From an uncultured Bacilli bacterium (GTDB lineage Bacteria; Bacillota_I; Bacilli_A; RF39; UBA660), in the NCBI GenBank assembly GCA_934098515.1, contig CAKOOK010000003.1, positions 5,070-69,069 on the forward strand: 64,000 bases of DNA, given 5' to 3'. How positions within the stretch are numbered: position 1 is the first letter of the stretch; the number at the start of each line of letters is the position of its first letter. Positions 54,197 to 63,903 of this stretch are shown piece by piece. The translations under genes were made by a program, and so were the position numbers. Under the pieces are notes generated by a model. That model saw nothing but the letters and a program-made list of their open reading frames with translations, was not told the DNA's origin and did not search any database.

Positions 54197-56121
54197 TCAA
54201 ACCACTTTGTAAGGATTTTCACTTGTTCCTTCACCTGTTACTTTAATGGATGAAACCAAAGATATGCAGGGCGCAACATTCTGGCACCGACCATGTTGCT
54301 GCTCTGCAATTGGCCCTTTATCACGTTCCAAACGCGAGCATCGCTACCATCAAAGTCGTAAGGAGATAATGACCACCAACGATCACCAGCATTTTCTTGT
54401 AAATATGTCGTAGTATTTTGTAATCCTCCAGCATATCCCGAATATATAATTTCGTCTGCAGTTAATAATCCTATTTTATAAGTTAAGTTACCATTACCAT
54501 TTACAGTATCACTAACAGTAAATTTAGATAATTTTCCTCCATTATTATCATTAGGGCAAATTAAACTAGGACTTGCATATATTGTGGCATCTGATATGGC
54601 AGTACCACCATTAATTCTATTTTTTGATCCATATCCTGTTTGATTTTTAGCATATCCTAAACCTGTTCCATAAGTTGAACCACTTGAGTAAGTAGTAAAT
54701 GTACTTTTATCATTACACCATATTGTATCAGCAAGTTTACTTTCAAATGGTGCCAAATTATTTTTATACCATGTTTCTAAATTAGTTAGTATCGTACTCT
54801 TATTAGTATTTGCATGTGTGCTTGCATAATCACTTACACCAGTTGCTCCATACATAAATCCTATACCAGCATTATCATTATAAAATCCATTAAATACACT
54901 CTTATATGTTTTACCAGAGTATCTTGCAAATGCTGCACTAGTACTATTATTTGCTGAATCACAAGGATTAGCTGCACCAGTTGTATTATCATTATGAAGA
55001 ACAAGTTTTACTGAACCATCACCTACTATTCTTACTATTCTCCAGCACTTATTTGCAAACTCAACATAATTATTTTTAACCGCACCTCTGAAATAATAGC
55101 TGATTCCATAGTCATCTTCTGTAGATGCAAGTAAAGCTTCTGTTATATCTTTGTTTGAAGAAATTACCTTATAAGTAAAACTATCTTGTGCAGAGCTTAC
55201 GACATAATAAACTTCTCTTAAATTAGTTGTAGTCTTCATAGCTCCAGCAGTACTTGACCCAGCACTTAACAAAGTATTATATGGTAAATATTTACCAACT
55301 AAACTAGAATATGAATTTGCATATGTATCACTTGTTACAGCAGTTCCCGTTAGATTAAACTTTGTACCATTTGCTTCCCACCCAGTACCATAAGTTATAT
55401 AATATGCCTGAGCTTCAGTTTTTACGGGTATTGTTAGACCTTCAACATCATCTAAAACATGAGCACTAGCTTCTCTTCCAGGTACTGTTAGTGGAGTCTT
55501 AACTTCATTATTAGCTAATATTGCCTCTCTTAAATTCTTTGGTGGCTCCACTTCAGCACTTGCTCCAACAATAACTTTACCAAGATACTTTTTACTTGCT
55601 CCTTGTTCTTTTGTCATACTTTCGTCAAACCATAATCTTAAATCATATGTTTTAGATGAATTTGCTGATAAACTATCTGTTAGTAATTCATAAGCAGTAC
55701 CACCATTTTGTGCTTCCATAGTTTTACCACTAGATAAAATAGATGCACTTATTGGTATCTCTCCATTATTAACAATAACTCCTTTAATTAGGTTTGATGG
55801 TATTTCACTTGTACTTAGTGTCTCTACACCTATACTAAGCGTTAAATGCTGATTACAATTATTAGTTACTTTAAACGTATAAGGACTTCTTTCTAACCCC
55901 TCACTATCAGGTATAGGATAATCATTTGCTAAATTAATAGCATTATTAACACCTGTAAATGTTACACTAAAACAATTAGTTGCTCCTAAATTATTAGTTC
56001 CACTTTGTCTTGCAAAATTTTGGAATATAGCAAAACTAACTCCCATTACCAATAAAACAATTATTAATAAAGAACTAAACACCTTAATTTTATTCTTGTC
56101 TCTTGATATTTTATCTTCCAC
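54197..56121 (-). pseudogene. surface protein P3 (TasA-like N-domain plus lectin-like module), frameshifted 17 codons before the natural C-terminus
   Basis: The track ORF 54238..56175 ends ...RMLRPAYLWFHPLK*. Shifting one base at ~54264/54265 restores RPA-ISLVSSIKVTGEGTSENPYKVV* (stop TGA at 54197-54199), which matches RPSISLKSTTNVTGDGTSSSPFIIN of P1. The likely start is GTG 56121 after AGGTGA. A sequencing error cannot be excluded. Confidence 0.6.
54262..54352 (-). other. GC-rich hypervariable patch inside P3
   Basis: The coding strand reads GAT GGT AGC GAT GCT CGC GTT TGG AAC GTG ATA AAG GGC CAA TTG CAG AGC AGC AAC ATG GTC GGT GCC AGA ATG TTG CGC CCT GCA. It is two codons shorter than in P1/P2. 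Confidence 0.5.
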
Positions 56122-56190
56122 TATAATCACCTTATATTCTATAAAAATTATAAAATATAAAGACATAAAATTCAAGAAGAAATATAATAT

Positions 56191-57147
56191 TTATCTACTT
56201 AAAAAATTCATCACTAAATCTACTAATATTTCTTTTTCTTTTGGATTAGACTGTGCTATAAGTAAAGTGATAGCAACTAATGTATTATTATCAATAACTT
56301 GTTTACCATCTTTATAAAGTAGATTATAAAATTCCAAAAAGTAAATGAATAATGCTGCAGCAATTCTCTTGTTGCCATCTATAAATACATGATTTTTTAT
56401 AATTAAATACAAAAAATTAGCTGCTTTTTCTTCGATTGAAGAGTATAAGTCCTTTCCATCAAAAGTTTGATATATATCAAAAATAATTGTTTCCACCCCG
56501 TTATCCCTTTCAAGAGCAAATAAATCACTATCACTACTAAATTTAAGTTTATTAACAATATTCATACAATCTTCATAATTAATTTTATTTTTATTAATTG
56601 TACCATTTGGTTTAATTATTCTTTTGTGATCATAATCATCAAGTAAATTTAGAGCATTAGAATAATTATTTATTACTTTAATAATTTCCTGTGCTTCAAT
56701 TCCTTTTAAATTTATATCAATTCTTCCTGTAATATCAATTAACTTAACTGTTTTTTCTAGATATTCTAATCTCTTTTGATTAACTGCATAACCTTTAATC
56801 ATATAATCTTTTAATATACTAGTAGCCCACTTTCTAAAAATAACACCATTTTTACTTTTAACACGATAACCAACGCTTATAATAACATCAAGATTATAAT
56901 ATTCTATATAATGAGTTTGTGTTTTTCCTTCAATCGCACCATGCTGAGTGGTATTCTCAAATTTTGCGACTACCACTTGATCACTTAGTTCTTCTTCTAA
57001 GGCATTATTAATATGTTTTCTAATAGTTTTATAATCTCTATCAAATAATTTTGCCATTTGTTCTGTATTTAACCAAACTGTTTCATCTTGTATATTAACT
57101 TCTAGTTTTACATCTTGATTTTCAAATAATAAGATTTCATTTTTCAT
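56191..57147 (-). CDS. RhuM-like N-terminal domain fused to a Fic/Doc domain
   Basis: The N-terminal half is ...YYNLDVIISVGYRVKSKNGVIFRKWATSILKDYMIKGYAVNQKRL (RhuM family core). The C-terminal half carries the Fic motif HVFIDGNKR. Confidence 0.65.
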   Translation of the reverse strand: MKNEILLFENQDVKLEVNIQDETVWLNTEQMAKLFDRDYKTIRKHINNALEEELSDQVVVAKFENTTQHGAIEGKTQTHYIEYYNLDVIISVGYRVKSKNGVIFRKWATSILKDYMIKGYAVNQKRLEYLEKTVKLIDITGRIDINLKGIEAQEIIKVINNYSNALNLLDDYDHKRIIKPNGTINKNKINYEDCMNIVNKLKFSSDSDLFALERDNGVETIIFDIYQTFDGKDLYSSIEEKAANFLYLIIKNHVFIDGNKRIAAALFIYFLEFYNLLYKDGKQVIDNNTLVAITLLIAQSNPKEKEILVDLVMNFLSR

Positions 57148-57672
57148 TTATAGTCCTCCTATTATTTATTGTTGTAAAGTAGTTATTCATTTCCTTTTAA
57201 ATTTATATCAATTCTTCCTGCAATATCAATTAACTTAACTGTTTTTTCTAGATATTCTAATCTCTTTTGATTAACTGCATAACCTTTAATCATATAATCT
57301 TTTAATATACTAGTAGCCCATTTCCTAAAAATTATGCCTTGTTTACTATTAACACGATAACCAACTGAAATAATCATATCTAAATAATAAAATGGAATAG
57401 TTCTCGTTACAGTTCTTTTACCTTCTTTTCGAACTTGTCGGAAATCCTGACAGGTTGAATTTTTATCAAGTTCTTCATCAGAATAAATATTGCTAATATG
57501 TTCAATTATATTTGTTCTTGATGTATTAAATAATTCAGCTATTTGTCCTTGTGTAAGCCAAACACTATCATCTTTCATATTAACTTCTGGTTTTACATCT
57601 TGATTTTCAAATAATAAGATTTCATTTTTCATTTATAGACCTCCTATTATTTATTGTTGTAAAGTAGTTATT
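56700..57672. repeat. tandem ~490-bp mosaic duplication (unit 1: 56700-57187, unit 2: 57191-57672)
   Basis: 56700-56829 vs 57191-57320 show 1 mismatch by eye. 57092-57187 vs 57577-57672 are near-identical. The central ~215 bp are diverged. Confidence 0.85.
57183..57632 (-). CDS. RhuM-family protein, truncated tandem copy (no Fic domain)
   Basis: The first 14 codons and last ~50 codons are nearly identical in nucleotide sequence to 56191-57147. The middle is a more canonical RhuM sequence (VWLTQGQIAELFNTSRTNIIEHISNIY). The ORF stops where the duplication junction runs into the 5' UTR of the downstream copy. Confidence 0.6.
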   Translation of the reverse strand: MKNEILLFENQDVKPEVNMKDDSVWLTQGQIAELFNTSRTNIIEHISNIYSDEELDKNSTCQDFRQVRKEGKRTVTRTIPFYYLDMIISVGYRVNSKQGIIFRKWATSILKDYMIKGYAVNQKRLEYLEKTVKLIDIAGRIDINLKGNE

Positions 57673-57759
57673 AATTTCCTTTTTATTTAATAAGTTTTTT
57701 GAGTTGTCGCAAATTTTAGGCAACTAAATAACATAAAAAAACGCACAATCACATGCGTT

Positions 57760-59046
57760 CTACTTTTCCTCTAAAGGTTTAATAATTGTCTCTGTGGTAA
57801 CATACTTATTTAATCTCTTTACTACTTCTCTAGCATCTTCTATATTTAAGCTTTTATAAACATCATAAATATTATACATATACTCACCAAAGTCAATTAC
57901 ATCATCTTGTATCTGCGAATTTATTCCTTCAATATCATCAAAATACATAATTAAATTACTTACTGAAGCATTAACTTTTCTAATAACATCTTCTTCCTTT
58001 ATATCTCTTTCATCAAATGTCTCTTTAACTCTTTTAATAAAATAATCAGGATACTCTGTAGATGCTGCTACTACTTCTACATAATAATCTTCAGTATCAA
58101 GTAAGTTCATACTTAGACCCCCAGTAATAACCTTACTACTTTGTAACTCATCCCTTAAATAAGAAGTTATTCCAAACTGAACTCTCATATATAAATTAAA
58201 ATATAGTCTTACTTTTCTTTCATCTATTTTAAGTCCTTTAAAAGCATTTTTAGGCACTTTAAACCCTAATGATACCTTTGGTATATTAACATTCATACAC
58301 CTCTCAAAATGCTTAGTTTTAACCTCAAAAGGTTCCTTCTTAAACTTAAGAACTGGTTTATTATACTTAGGGAACTCTTTCTTACTCATAACTTCACTAA
58401 CGATTGCTACTGCCTCATTAGGATCAAAGTTACCCGTAATAATCATAAACATATTCTCTGGATGATAAAAAGCCTCATAACAAATCTCTAAATCTTCCTT
58501 AGTAATCTTTTTAACATCATTTACCGTACCACTAACTAAATACTGTCTTTCATCTTTAATAAAAATATTATTATAAGTTCCATATATTAGCTGAGTACCA
58601 GGTTTATCCTCATACATATTAATCTCTTCCGTAATAATACCACGCTCATTATTTACTATCTCCTTAGTAAAATATGGTGTATAAACATACTCAGTTAAAT
58701 AAGATAAACACTCTTTAAAATTAGCATTAGCAAATACTTCATAACAAGTAATATCAAAAGAAGTAAATGCATTAATATTTGCCCCTAACTTACTAAAATA
58801 ATCATGTGCTGTAGTTCCATCTGGCATATTAAATAATAAATGCTCTAAATAATGTGCTATTCCCTTTGGCATATCATACTTCTTACCATTATACTCAAAA
58901 TTAGTATAAATAGACCCATACTTAGTACTTAACGTAATATAAAAATTCTTAGTTTTATTATTAGGTACCATATAAATCTTAAGACCATTATCTAAAGTGT
59001 ACGTATAAAGTTTCTCAAGCACACCAGGTAATAATATCTCATTCAT
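57760..59046 (-). CDS. M16-family zinc peptidase (insulinase-like)
   Basis: Inverted zinc motif H..EH in GIAHYLEHLLF. Confidence 0.7.
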   Translation of the reverse strand: MNEILLPGVLEKLYTYTLDNGLKIYMVPNNKTKNFYITLSTKYGSIYTNFEYNGKKYDMPKGIAHYLEHLLFNMPDGTTAHDYFSKLGANINAFTSFDITCYEVFANANFKECLSYLTEYVYTPYFTKEIVNNERGIITEEINMYEDKPGTQLIYGTYNNIFIKDERQYLVSGTVNDVKKITKEDLEICYEAFYHPENMFMIITGNFDPNEAVAIVSEVMSKKEFPKYNKPVLKFKKEPFEVKTKHFERCMNVNIPKVSLGFKVPKNAFKGLKIDERKVRLYFNLYMRVQFGITSYLRDELQSSKVITGGLSMNLLDTEDYYVEVVAASTEYPDYFIKRVKETFDERDIKEEDVIRKVNASVSNLIMYFDDIEGINSQIQDDVIDFGEYMYNIYDVYKSLNIEDAREVVKRLNKYVTTETIIKPLEEK

Positions 59047-60301
59047 TTGTACTTCCCCCTTCTAAAACATAAATTGTACTAATACTTGTCTTCTCAGCTA
59101 CTTTTTTAACATCATTAATACTAACCTTATCAAACTTATCTAATCTAACATCTAATTCATCTAAATCACTAACATTCTGATAATAAGCATTATCTACTAT
59201 TCTTCCAATATTATCATTAGTCATATTTAAACTAGTCTTAGCTAGTGCTTTAGCATTAACAAGTTCTTCATCACTAATATTAGTCTTCATTTCTTTAAGG
59301 CACTGCTTAATTAATTGAACTGCTAGTTTACTTTTATTTATATCAACACTAGTTGTTATAATAATAAGCCCATCATATTTCTGATACATAGAGCCCACAT
59401 TATAACATAATGAATTTTCTACTCTTAACTTCTGATAAAGTTTAGTCTCTAAAGAGCCTCCACCTAAAATTAAATTATACATATTAGCAGCATATTTCTT
59501 TTCATCAGTAGTTAAATTATTAAGATTAACAAGTACTACTATATTACTTTGAGCATTACTAGACTTATCACTTAATATAACTGGTTTTCTTTTAACATTA
59601 CTAACATACATACTTACTTCATGATTCTTAATAACATTAAACTTAGCATACTTATCTACTATTCTAGATACTTCATCCATATCTAAATTACCAACTACAT
59701 ATATATCAACATAATCTGTATTTATTACTTGTTTATAATATGTGTATAAGTTCTCTGGTGTAATCTTATCCAAATCTTCTAAGAAACCTAAACTCCCATA
59801 ACTAGATGGACTATCGCCTAAAGTACTAAGTGCTTTAAGTAAACTCTTCTTCTTAGGATTATCATCTAACATTTTTATATCATTAGATAGTCTCTCTTTA
59901 ACAAAATCAAATAACTTATGATCAAACTCATTATTACTTGCTTTAGGATTAAATATTAAATCAAATAATAACTTAAATACTCGGTCAGTTAGCATATCAT
60001 CTTGTGCATATCTTGGATTTAAAAAATCTAAGCAAAAATTTGTTATAACTGAGTTACCAACTTTACTTGTTGCATCATATACTGAAGCACAATATAAATT
60101 CTCAAGTTCTAATGCTAAGTCTCTTTTACCCTTATAACTATTAGAGCACTCACAAAGCATATCAAATAATAAATTTCTTTTAGTAATTTCTTCTTTAACA
60201 ACATTGTTTCTAAAAATAACTTCTACATGACACATCTTAAATTTATCAGTCTTAATAGTATGTAAAGTATAACCTTTCATCTTATAATCTTTAAAAACCA
60301 T
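59039..60301 (-). CDS. M16-family peptidase-like protein (non-catalytic partner, lacks H..EH)
   Basis: Same size and fold style as the downstream gene, with an 8-nt overlap. No H..EH motif. Confidence 0.5.
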   Translation of the reverse strand: MVFKDYKMKGYTLHTIKTDKFKMCHVEVIFRNNVVKEEITKRNLLFDMLCECSNSYKGKRDLALELENLYCASVYDATSKVGNSVITNFCLDFLNPRYAQDDMLTDRVFKLLFDLIFNPKASNNEFDHKLFDFVKERLSNDIKMLDDNPKKKSLLKALSTLGDSPSSYGSLGFLEDLDKITPENLYTYYKQVINTDYVDIYVVGNLDMDEVSRIVDKYAKFNVIKNHEVSMYVSNVKRKPVILSDKSSNAQSNIVVLVNLNNLTTDEKKYAANMYNLILGGGSLETKLYQKLRVENSLCYNVGSMYQKYDGLIIITTSVDINKSKLAVQLIKQCLKEMKTNISDEELVNAKALAKTSLNMTNDNIGRIVDNAYYQNVSDLDELDVRLDKFDKVSINDVKKVAEKTSISTIYVLEGGSTNE

Positions 60302-60439
60302 AAGTCACCTCTTTTCATATTATGCGTAAATAAACATACTTTTATTATAGCACTTTAAAAAAATATATGTAAATTTATTACATCTGCTTAACCATTACTT
60401 GATACTTATGTTATAATTTAAAAAGAAAGTAGGAATAAT

Positions 60440-61162
60440 ATGAACCCAATTCACATTGTAACGGAAAAAGAAAATATTAAAGAAAATGTATTACTGCCTG
60501 GTGACCCTCTAAGAGCACAATATATTGCTGAAAAATATCTAGAAAACCCAAAACTAATAAATAATGTACGCAATATGCTAGGATACACTGGTACTTATAA
60601 AGGTAAAGAAATTACTGTTATTGGTTCAGGTATGGGCATTCCAAGTGCATCACTTTATACTTATGAATTATATAAATTTTATAATGTTAAAAATATTATA
60701 AGAATAGGTTCAGCTGGTGCCTTATCAAAAGATTTAAATATTAAAGATATCGTACTAGCTTCATCAGCATACTCTGATTCAAACTTTAGATATGCACTAA
60801 CTAAAAGTAAAAGTAAAAAAATATCTTCATCTAACTCCTTAAATCAAACAATTATAAATACAAGCAAAGAATTAGGTATCAATATTACTAAAGGAACTAT
60901 CTATACATCTGAAATATTTGATGTATATGAAAGTATATCTCATTTGCTTAATAAAGTACCTAAAAATATAAACCTACTAGCTAGCGAAATGGAAGCTTTT
61001 GGTATCTTTACAGTAGCTAACTTCTTAAATAAAGAAGCAACCTGCTTAGTATCAATATCAGACTCTCCATATAAACGAAGTGAAGACTTATCTCCAGAAG
61101 AAAGACAAACAGCCTTAGATAATATGATAATCCTAGCTTTAGAAAGTATAATTAAAAGATAA
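60440..61162 (+). CDS. deoD: purine nucleoside phosphorylase, DeoD-type
   Basis: LLPGDPLRAQYIAEKYL...GYTGTYKGKEITVIGSGMGIPS...SEMEAFGIF. Confidence 0.85.
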   Translation: MNPIHIVTEKENIKENVLLPGDPLRAQYIAEKYLENPKLINNVRNMLGYTGTYKGKEITVIGSGMGIPSASLYTYELYKFYNVKNIIRIGSAGALSKDLNIKDIVLASSAYSDSNFRYALTKSKSKKISSSNSLNQTIINTSKELGINITKGTIYTSEIFDVYESISHLLNKVPKNINLLASEMEAFGIFTVANFLNKEATCLVSISDSPYKRSEDLSPEERQTALDNMIILALESIIKR

Positions 61163-61186
61163 AAAGCATGACTCAAAAATCATGCT

Positions 61187-62449
61187 TTAATTTTTTAAAT
61201 TTCCTATAGAAACAACATATACTCCATCATCTCTTTTATAAGAGTAATCTGCTCCAGTTAATACCATTAAAAATGAAGGCTCCCCGCATTTTTCAATATC
61301 AACACGTTCTTTAAATTTTAATAAGTTATTAGCAGCTTCATTAATATAACCAGCACCTAACTTTATTTCTATTGCTCCCCATTTTCCATTAGCATTTCTT
61401 AAAATAACATCAACTTCAAAATCATTCTTATCTCTAAAATAAGATAAACTAGCATTCATCGCATCTGCATATATTTTTAAATCTCTTATACACATATTTT
61501 CAAACAAGAAACCAGTTAAATTTAAATCATTAACTAAATCTTGTTTTTTTAAATCTAAAGCAGCAATTGCTAAAGATGGATCAACAAGTTCTAATTTAGG
61601 AGTTGTTCTTAAAGGTGTCTTAGATCTTAAATTTAAATTTGTCGCAGGTATACTTTCTAAAATATACAATCTTTCTAATGCATTTAAATAATCATCTAAA
61701 GTCGGTCTTGATAACTCATTTTCAAACTCCAATTTAACATCATCTAGTATTGTACTTTTACTAACAGAAGTAGAAATATTCCTAGATATACTTTTTAAAA
61801 GAGCATTCATTCTTTGTGGATTTCTCTCTACCCCATCAAATGTTTTAATTTCTTCATTTAATAAAGCCTTTATATAATCCTTAGCAACTTCATATTTATT
61901 ATCATCTGGAATATTTAATGTTTCTGGCCAGCCACCTCTTATCATAACATTTATAATATCATCAAAAGATAACTTAGAAACACCAGAAACATCTTTATTA
62001 TTCATTATATCTTCTAAAGATACAGAACCATCAGAATCTCCAGACTCATATAAACTCATCGGTCTCATTAAAAGTTTTGTAATTCTACCAGTACCAGTAT
62101 GCATAACGCTATCTTCACTAGGTCTTGCAGAACCAGTAAGTATATATTGTCCTTTTAATCCTGTATGATCAACATCCATTCTTATTGAATCCCAAACAAC
62201 AGGATACATCTGCCACTCATCAAATAATCTAGGCTTCTCACCCTCTAAAAATAATGATGGCTTAGTCTGATTTGTATTATCATATTGTAACTTTTTATCT
62301 GGATCTTGAAATTCAATATAACTTTTAGCAAACTGTCTTGCAGTAGTAGACTTACCACACCACTTGCATCCTTCAATAAGTACTGCTCCCATATATTTTA
62401 ATTTATTTTCTAAAACACTATCCACAATCCTTGGCATATATTTATTCAT
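61187..62449 (-). CDS. AAA (AAA_14) ATPase with a DUF4143 domain
   Basis: P-loop GCKWCGKST, with the typical length and C-terminal DUF4143-style region (...EVDVILRNANGKWGAIEIKLG). Confidence 0.65.
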   Translation of the reverse strand: MNKYMPRIVDSVLENKLKYMGAVLIEGCKWCGKSTTARQFAKSYIEFQDPDKKLQYDNTNQTKPSLFLEGEKPRLFDEWQMYPVVWDSIRMDVDHTGLKGQYILTGSARPSEDSVMHTGTGRITKLLMRPMSLYESGDSDGSVSLEDIMNNKDVSGVSKLSFDDIINVMIRGGWPETLNIPDDNKYEVAKDYIKALLNEEIKTFDGVERNPQRMNALLKSISRNISTSVSKSTILDDVKLEFENELSRPTLDDYLNALERLYILESIPATNLNLRSKTPLRTTPKLELVDPSLAIAALDLKKQDLVNDLNLTGFLFENMCIRDLKIYADAMNASLSYFRDKNDFEVDVILRNANGKWGAIEIKLGAGYINEAANNLLKFKERVDIEKCGEPSFLMVLTGADYSYKRDDGVYVVSIGNLKN

Positions 62450-62500
62450 AAGTTCATCACCTGTAATAATTATATAATAATTTTAATTATAAGTAAACAT

Positions 62501-62565
62501 TATTTTACAATTTGGACAAGTTTCACTTTACAATTTGGACAAAAATCACTTTACAATTTGGATAA
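62501..62565. repeat. three direct repeats of (C)ACTTTACAATTTGGA[CT]AA spaced 23 bp apart
   Basis: The core TTTACAATTTGGACAA occurs at 62504-62519 and 62527-62542, and TTTACAATTTGGATAA at 62550-62565. Confidence 0.9.
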
Positions 62566-62589
62566 ATAATCTAAAAAAAAGAATTAAAC

Positions 62590-62931
62590 TTAAACAAGTT
62601 CAATTCTAATTTGCATAGCGTCGTCGCCTTTTCTTTCATTTAATTTAACTAGTCTAGTATAACCACCATTACGAGTTTCATAACGTTTAGCTAGTTCATT
62701 AAATACTTTATTAACTGCTACAGTATCATTTTGTAAGAAAGCAAGTGCTTTTCTTCTAGATACTAAAGATCCATCCTTACCATAAGTAATCATCTTATCA
62801 ACAAATTTTCTTACTTCTTTAGCTCTTGCATCAGTAGTAACAACATATTCATTTTTAATTACGTCTTTAGTAAGTCCAGCTAATATACTTCTTCTTATGC
62901 GAGTTTCTCTACCTAATTTACGATATAACAT
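62590..62931 (-). CDS. rplQ: 50S ribosomal protein L17
   Basis: MLYRKLGRETRIRRSILAGL... Follows rpoA. Confidence 0.95.
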   Translation of the reverse strand: MLYRKLGRETRIRRSILAGLTKDVIKNEYVVTTDARAKEVRKFVDKMITYGKDGSLVSRRKALAFLQNDTVAVNKVFNELAKRYETRNGGYTRLVKLNERKGDDAMQIRIELV

Positions 62932-62946
62932 ATTACTTACCTCTTT

Positions 62947-63888
62947 CTAATCACGGAAGCTTAGTCCCATTTCTTTAACTTTATCTAATACTTCTTTAAG
63001 AGATTTCTTACCTAAGTTACGAATCTTAGTAACATCTACTTCTCTCTTATCAATTAAATCTTGCATTGTATGAATTCCAGCTCTCTTTAAGCAGTTATAT
63101 GCTCTAACTGAGAATTCAATCTCTTCAATTGGAGTTTCTAAAGTCTTAATAATTTGATCAACTTTCTTTTCAGCGATAATTCCAGTTGCATCAGCAATAT
63201 TATTTAAATCAGCAACAATTTTAAAATGTTCGATTAAAATCTTAGCAGCAAGTGCCATTGCTTCTTCTGGACTCATTGAACCATTAGTATAAACATCCAT
63301 AACTAATTTATCATAATTTTCATTACGTCCAACTCTTGCAGGTTGCACTTCATAACCAACTCTTTCAATTGGACTATAAAGTGAATCAATAGGAATTAAA
63401 CCTTGAATAGAATCTCCAAGTAATTTTTTATTTTCTTTAGAATCAACATATCCACGACCATTACCAACAGTCATTTCCATATCAATTTTTCCACCCTTAA
63501 CTAAAGTACAAATAACTAAGTCAGGATTCATAATTTCTAAATCTGCATCTAATTCAATATCTCCAGCCTTAACTTCGCCTTCCTTATTAGCAGATAATCT
63601 AATAGTTTTATTTTCTTTAGTATGATTTTTAATAACAACACTCTTTAAATTTAAAACTATAGTTGTTACATCTTCAATAACACCATCTATTTTTTGAAAT
63701 TCATGCATTACTCCGTCAATCTTAACACTAGTAATAGCAGAACCAGGCATTGATGAAAGCATAACTCTTCTTAATGCATTACCAATAGTTGTACCAAAAC
63801 CTCTTTCTAAAGGTTCAATTTCAAACTTTCCATAATTGTTTTTTTCAACATATTCTGTAATTTTGTATTCCGGTTTTTCAAAATTCAT
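62947..63888 (-). CDS. rpoA: DNA-directed RNA polymerase subunit alpha
   Basis: ...FEIEPLERGFGTTIGNALRRVMLSS..., with the C-terminal alpha-CTD sequence SVRAYNCLKRAGI. Confidence 0.95.
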   Translation of the reverse strand: MNFEKPEYKITEYVEKNNYGKFEIEPLERGFGTTIGNALRRVMLSSMPGSAITSVKIDGVMHEFQKIDGVIEDVTTIVLNLKSVVIKNHTKENKTIRLSANKEGEVKAGDIELDADLEIMNPDLVICTLVKGGKIDMEMTVGNGRGYVDSKENKKLLGDSIQGLIPIDSLYSPIERVGYEVQPARVGRNENYDKLVMDVYTNGSMSPEEAMALAAKILIEHFKIVADLNNIADATGIIAEKKVDQIIKTLETPIEEIEFSVRAYNCLKRAGIHTMQDLIDKREVDVTKIRNLGKKSLKEVLDKVKEMGLSFRD

Positions 63889-63903
63889 AATATTCTTCCT
63901 CCC

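Noticed and set aside
54197-54240. Programmed frameshift or TGA recoding in P3
   Set aside because: There is no slippery heptamer or downstream structure at 54264. TGG encodes Trp throughout and long ORFs are intact under the standard bacterial code. A simple 1-nt deletion or sequencing error is more parsimonious.
3272-56175. Each of the three variable paralogs lies within a few kb of a T-box-regulated aaRS gene (tyrS, leuS, ileS): a possible functional link
   Set aside because: There is no shared transcription unit (terminators and promoters intervene) and no mechanistic rationale. Most likely coincidence, or insertion into permissive inter-operon sites.
1349-60000. Short ORFs from the track lying antisense or embedded in longer genes: 1349-1609, 3144-3362, 3912-4109, 6713-6943, 7893-8093, 12615-13031, 12626-12826, 13520-13717, 24358-24582, 30193-30387, 39107-39349, 39423-39659, 41124-41420, 42181-42393, 42216-42461, 43096-43284, 45885-46139, 47276-47542, 48285-48473, 56096-56317, 58309-58491, 60940-61176
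   Set aside because: All overlap longer ORFs that have recognisable families or clear operon context. They translate to low-complexity I/L/S/T/N-rich strings typical of off-frame reading of AT-rich DNA, and they lack RBSs.
62501-62565. Possible mini-CRISPR or att-type repeats
   Set aside because: There are only three 16-19-nt repeats with 4-7-nt gaps, and no cas genes or integrase. An operator/iteron-like site is more plausible.
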